Shown here: positions 59,994 to 64,000 of the stretch, piece by piece
Layout: every line of letters starts with the position of its first letter
How positions within the stretch are numbered: the first letter of the stretch is position 1
Assembly: GCF_011762485.1 (NCBI RefSeq)
Contig: NZ_JAAKGI010000001.1
Coordinates: 385,962 to 449,961 of the forward strand
Origin: Yeosuana marina
GTDB lineage: Bacteria > Bacteroidota > Bacteroidia > Flavobacteriales > Flavobacteriaceae
Reading direction: 5' to 3'
Length of the DNA: 64,000 nucleotides
Notes under the pieces: generated by a model
Told to the model about the DNA's origin: nothing
Database searches by the model: none
Seen by the model: the letters and a program-made list of their open reading frames with translations, nothing else
Made by a program: the position numbers and the translations under genes

Positions 59994-60953
59994 TTGAATC
60001 AAAATACTAAAAGAACACTAAAAATTATACTCCCATTATTATTGGGAGTTTTTTTGGTTTGGTATTCATTGTCAAAAGTGTCTTTTGATGAATTACTTGT
60101 TTATTTTAAAAAGGCTGACTATAAATGGATTTTTATAGGTGTTTTTTTTGGGTTATTAAGTCATCTTTCAAGAGCTTATCGTTGGAGGTTCATGCTGGAG
60201 CCTTTAGGCTACAAAATTAAATTGGGAAATAGCATAATGGCTGTTTTTTCGGCCTATTTAATCAATTTTACTATTCCAAGAGCCGGCGAGGTTGCTAGAG
60301 CGTCTATTTTAAGCAACTATGAACAAGTTCCTTTTGAAAAAGGATTTGGGACCATAGTTTCAGAACGTATTGCAGATGTTATAGTAATGCTAGCTATTAT
60401 TGCAATAACTCTCTTTCTTCAATTTGAATTTATTTATAATTTTTTTGTATCCAGATTTAATCTTTTTAAAATCATGACTGGCGGACTAGTTCTTCTTTTT
60501 ATGGCTATATTGATTTTAGTTTTTATTAAAAGAAGCAACTCGTTAATTGCATTAAAAGTTAAAGCGTTTGTTAACGGATTAATTGAAGGCATATTAAGTA
60601 TTTTTAAAATGAAAAAAAAATGGGCATTTATTTTCCATACACTATTCATTTGGGTTATGTATGTGCTTATGTTCTATGTAACGTCGTTTGCTGTTGAAGA
60701 ATTAGATAGTATTTCAATAGGAGCCATTTTAATTGGATTTATTTCTGCAAGTTTTAGTATTGCTGCAACTAATGGCGGAATAGGCTCATATCCATTAGCC
60801 ATTTATGCAGCATTTTCAATTTTCGGAATTGCAAAAGAACCAAGTTTGGCGTTTGGCTGGATTATCTGGTCATCACAAACACTTCTAATTATTATTATCG
60901 GCGGTTTATCGTTAATATACTTGCCCATTTATAACAGACAAAAGAACAGTTAA
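59994..60953 (+). CDS. UPF0104/LPG-synthase-TM-like (flippase-like) membrane protein
   Basis: Eight hydrophobic segments. N-terminal ...LSHLSRAYRWRFMLEPLG is a family-typical motif. It starts 4 bp after panD. Confidence 0.55.
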   Translation: MNQNTKRTLKIILPLLLGVFLVWYSLSKVSFDELLVYFKKADYKWIFIGVFFGLLSHLSRAYRWRFMLEPLGYKIKLGNSIMAVFSAYLINFTIPRAGEVARASILSNYEQVPFEKGFGTIVSERIADVIVMLAIIAITLFLQFEFIYNFFVSRFNLFKIMTGGLVLLFMAILILVFIKRSNSLIALKVKAFVNGLIEGILSIFKMKKKWAFIFHTLFIWVMYVLMFYVTSFAVEELDSISIGAILIGFISASFSIAATNGGIGSYPLAIYAAFSIFGIAKEPSLAFGWIIWSSQTLLIIIIGGLSLIYLPIYNRQKNS

Positions 60954-61025
60954 AACTTTGCTTTTAAACTTTCGCTTTATTTGTTACCTTGCCTGTATAA
61001 AATCTCAAATCAAACAAATTAACAC

Positions 61026-62174
61026 ATGAAATCAATTATTTATATTTTAGTATTGGTGGTCTCAATAAAAACTATGGAGGCACAAGTTATTTACGAGCCT
61101 TTTATGTCTACTAAGCTAGATGAATCACGCGAACTAAAAATTCAATTACCTAGAGGTTACGGTGAAGACACAGATAAAATATACCCTTTGTTTATTGTGT
61201 TTGATGGCGATTATATGTTTGAAGCCGTTGCAGGTAATGTAGATTATTATTCCTATTGGGAAGATATGCCAGAAGCTATCGTGGTTGGCGTTAATCAATC
61301 AGATAAACGTTTTGATGATTGTATGTATTCAGGACAAAATTCACTTCCTATCGAAACAGGTGCTAAGTTTTTCGAATTTATTGGGACGGAGTTAATTCCT
61401 TATTTAGAAAAAAAATATAGAATTGGTAATTTTAAAGTTGCTGTGGGTCATGGAGATACAGCTAATTTTATCAACTATTTTTTACTTAAAGAACAGCCAA
61501 TTTTTAAGGGATACATTGTGGTTAGCCCAGAACTGGCCCCTAAAATGAATACCTATATTCCAGATAGGTTAACAAATCTTAACAACAAGACATTTTATTA
61601 TTTAGCGACAACTACTAATGATATAGCTTCTATCAAAGAAGGAACAACAGAGTTAAACCAAAGTATCTCTGCCGTTGATAATGAAAAGGTATTTTATTAT
61701 TTCGATAATTTTGAAGGTCCTTCACATTATTCAGTTCCAGCACATGCCATTCCAAACGCTTTAGAAGATATTTTTTCGGTGTACCAACCCATTAGTAAAG
61801 ATGAGTATAAAGAAACAATACTTAAATTAGAAACATCTCCGGTAGAATATCTTGAAAATAAATACCAAGATATCAATGAGTTGTTTGGTATAAAAAAACA
61901 AATTCTAATCAATGATTTTAAAGCTATTGAAGCTTGTATAGAAAAGAAAGAAGAATTTGAATATTTTGAGGAATTAGGAAAGTTAGCTCGTAAAGAATAT
62001 CCTAAAACTCTTTTAGGGAATTATTATTTAGCCCGTTTTTACGAAGAAACAGGAGAACCAAAAAAAGCTATGAAAACATATCAATCGGCTTATATACTTG
62101 AAGAAATTGGTGGAATTACTAAAGATTTAATGCTCGAGAAAGCCGATGCGATTAAAGAAGATTTTGGGTACTAA
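61026..62174 (+). CDS. Secreted esterase-family alpha/beta hydrolase with C-terminal helical (TPR-like) extension
   Basis: Signal peptide. The YPLFIVFDGDYMF...GHGDTANFINYFL pattern resembles the putative esterase family (PF00756). Confidence 0.45.
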   Translation: MKSIIYILVLVVSIKTMEAQVIYEPFMSTKLDESRELKIQLPRGYGEDTDKIYPLFIVFDGDYMFEAVAGNVDYYSYWEDMPEAIVVGVNQSDKRFDDCMYSGQNSLPIETGAKFFEFIGTELIPYLEKKYRIGNFKVAVGHGDTANFINYFLLKEQPIFKGYIVVSPELAPKMNTYIPDRLTNLNNKTFYYLATTTNDIASIKEGTTELNQSISAVDNEKVFYYFDNFEGPSHYSVPAHAIPNALEDIFSVYQPISKDEYKETILKLETSPVEYLENKYQDINELFGIKKQILINDFKAIEACIEKKEEFEYFEELGKLARKEYPKTLLGNYYLARFYEETGEPKKAMKTYQSAYILEEIGGITKDLMLEKADAIKEDFGY

Positions 62175-62207
62175 AAAATAAGATTCCCACATTTATGGGA
62201 CGTATAT

Positions 62208-63566
62208 ATGGCTAAAGTAAAAACAACTTTTTTTTGTCAGAATTGTGGTAGTCAGTACTCAAAGTGGCAAGGCCAATGCACTGCTTGCAAAGAGTGGAAT
62301 ACTATAGTTGAAGAAGTTATTCAGAAGGAAGAAAAAACTGATTGGAAATTATCAAGTTCATCAACAAAACGCGTCTCTAAACCCTTGCGTATTCAGGATA
62401 TTGATACGTCAAAAGAAGCAAGATTAGATACATTTGATTCAGAATTTAATCGTGTATTAGGAGGCGGCATTGTTCCCGGATCTTTAATACTTTTAGGAGG
62501 AGAACCAGGTATTGGTAAAAGTACGCTTCTTTTACAAGTGGCTTTAAAAATGATCTATAAAACCTTGTATGTGTCTGGAGAGGAAAGCCAAAAGCAAATA
62601 AAAATGCGGGCAGAACGTATTCATTCAGAGAGTACAAATTGTTATATTTTAACTGAAACAAAAACTCAAAACATTTTCAAACAGATTGAAGCTTTAGAGC
62701 CGGATATTGTTATTATCGATTCTATTCAAACCCTTCATAGTGATTATATAGAATCCTCTTCTGGGAGTATTTCACAAATAAAGGAATGCACAACGGAGCT
62801 AATTAAATTTGCTAAAGAAACAGCAACTCCCGTAATTTTAATTGGACACATTACAAAAGACGGTAATATTGCAGGGCCTAAAATTTTGGAGCATATGGTA
62901 GATACTGTTCTACAATTTGAAGGCGATAGAAATCACGTATTTAGAATTTTAAGAGCTAATAAAAATCGGTTTGGTTCTACAAATGAATTAGGAATTTATG
63001 AAATGCAGGGCTCAGGCTTGCGAGAGGTATCAAACCCATCAGAAATTTTAATTTCAAAAAAGGACGAAGAGCTGTCGGGTAATGCTGTAGCTGCTACTTT
63101 AGAAGGAATGCGTCCGTTAATGATTGAAGTACAAGCCTTGGTAAGTACAGCGGTTTATGGAACCCCCCAAAGAAGTGCTACGGGTTTTAATGCCAAACGA
63201 CTTAATATGTTATTAGCTGTTTTAGAAAAACGAGCAGGCTTTCGTTTAGGCGCCAAAGATGTGTTTTTAAATATTACGGGGGGCATCAATGTTGATGATC
63301 CAGCGATCGATTTAGCGGTTGTAGCTTCCATTTTATCTTCTAACGAAGATATGGCATTACCAAAGGATTATTGTTTTGCTGCAGAAGTTGGTCTTTCTGG
63401 TGAAATTCGTCCAGTACAACGGGTGGAGCAACGTATTTTAGAAGCAGAAAAATTAGGTTTTTCAACTATTTTTGTATCCAAATACAATAAAATTTCACTT
63501 AAACCTACCGTTATTAAAATTCAGCTGGTTTCTAAAATTGAAGATTTGGTAAGTATCTTGGTTTAA
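62208..63566 (+). CDS. radA: DNA repair protein RadA (Sms)
   Basis: C4 zinc finger (CQNCGSQYSKWQGQCTACKEW), Walker A GGEPGIGKSTLLLQ, a KNRFG motif and a Lon-protease-like C-terminus. Confidence 0.95.
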   Translation: MAKVKTTFFCQNCGSQYSKWQGQCTACKEWNTIVEEVIQKEEKTDWKLSSSSTKRVSKPLRIQDIDTSKEARLDTFDSEFNRVLGGGIVPGSLILLGGEPGIGKSTLLLQVALKMIYKTLYVSGEESQKQIKMRAERIHSESTNCYILTETKTQNIFKQIEALEPDIVIIDSIQTLHSDYIESSSGSISQIKECTTELIKFAKETATPVILIGHITKDGNIAGPKILEHMVDTVLQFEGDRNHVFRILRANKNRFGSTNELGIYEMQGSGLREVSNPSEILISKKDEELSGNAVAATLEGMRPLMIEVQALVSTAVYGTPQRSATGFNAKRLNMLLAVLEKRAGFRLGAKDVFLNITGGINVDDPAIDLAVVASILSSNEDMALPKDYCFAAEVGLSGEIRPVQRVEQRILEAEKLGFSTIFVSKYNKISLKPTVIKIQLVSKIEDLVSILV

Positions 63567-64000
63567 ATAGGTTTCTAACATTTAAAAATCGCGGTAATTT
63601 TTAATTATTTGAAAAACAATAAATTAAAACTTAAATATTGTAGCTTTTTACACACAAATAAGCAGTGTTTTTAGTCGTTTATTTAAGTATTTCATATTTT
63701 TTATCGGTTTTTAATCGGATTTTTTAATCACTTTATCGAAAAAAAATCACTTTTCCCTATTGCGCATACAAAGAATATATTAAATTTGTACAATTAGATG
63801 TAAGGTAAACGGTTTTGTTCTCTTTATAACTAATATACTTCCCTCAGTAGTTTTAAAATCCATTTTACTAGCAAGAGTTAAGTAGTACTTATGAAATAGT
63901 CCTAAATAAGATGCTTGACTTATGAAATTAAATTACTACAATATCACTTATGTGATATTAACATTGCTTATTATTGAATTCTTTACTGCGCATCGACTTC

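Overview
The window appears to be a low-GC chromosomal segment from a Flavobacteriia-type (Bacteroidota) bacterium. I base that on T9SS C-terminal sorting domains, SusC/SusD-type proteins and AT-rich intergenic DNA. About 50 CDS and one tRNA are called.

Housekeeping genes: glmS, atpD-atpC, panC-panD, radA, recO and a recX-like gene, manA, two tandem gdhA paralogs, a metB/metC-type PLP enzyme and tRNA-Arg(CCU).

Standouts:
- (i) A compact SOS-type mutagenesis island at 38991..44567. An XRE-HTH+S24 LexA-like repressor and a clear UmuD homolog are transcribed divergently from a DnaE2-type Pol III alpha paralog and a catalytically intact DinB-like Y-family polymerase. The 84-bp divergent promoter region carries nested palindromes. 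A truncated SusD fragment borders the island.
- (ii) A small GIY-YIG nuclease ORF flanked by ~127-bp composite direct repeats built from two short palindromic repeat families. These families also occur at two other sites in the window.
- (iii) Two ~70%-identical glutamate dehydrogenase genes flanking a 1010-aa protein with two receiver-like domains and a PEP/pyruvate-binding (PPDK_N) domain.
- (iv) Two tandem paralogous T9SS cargo proteins, one with a lamin-tail-like N-terminus.
- (v) A giant multi-PAS hybrid histidine kinase with a four-times reiterated linker motif.
- (vi) Gene remnants (a GH5-like fragment, a SusD C-terminus, a possible recombinase-HTH remnant immediately downstream of glmS), several strong intrinsic terminators and a DUF2975+XRE pair.

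All functional calls come from motif recognition in the translated ORFs. No database search was possible.
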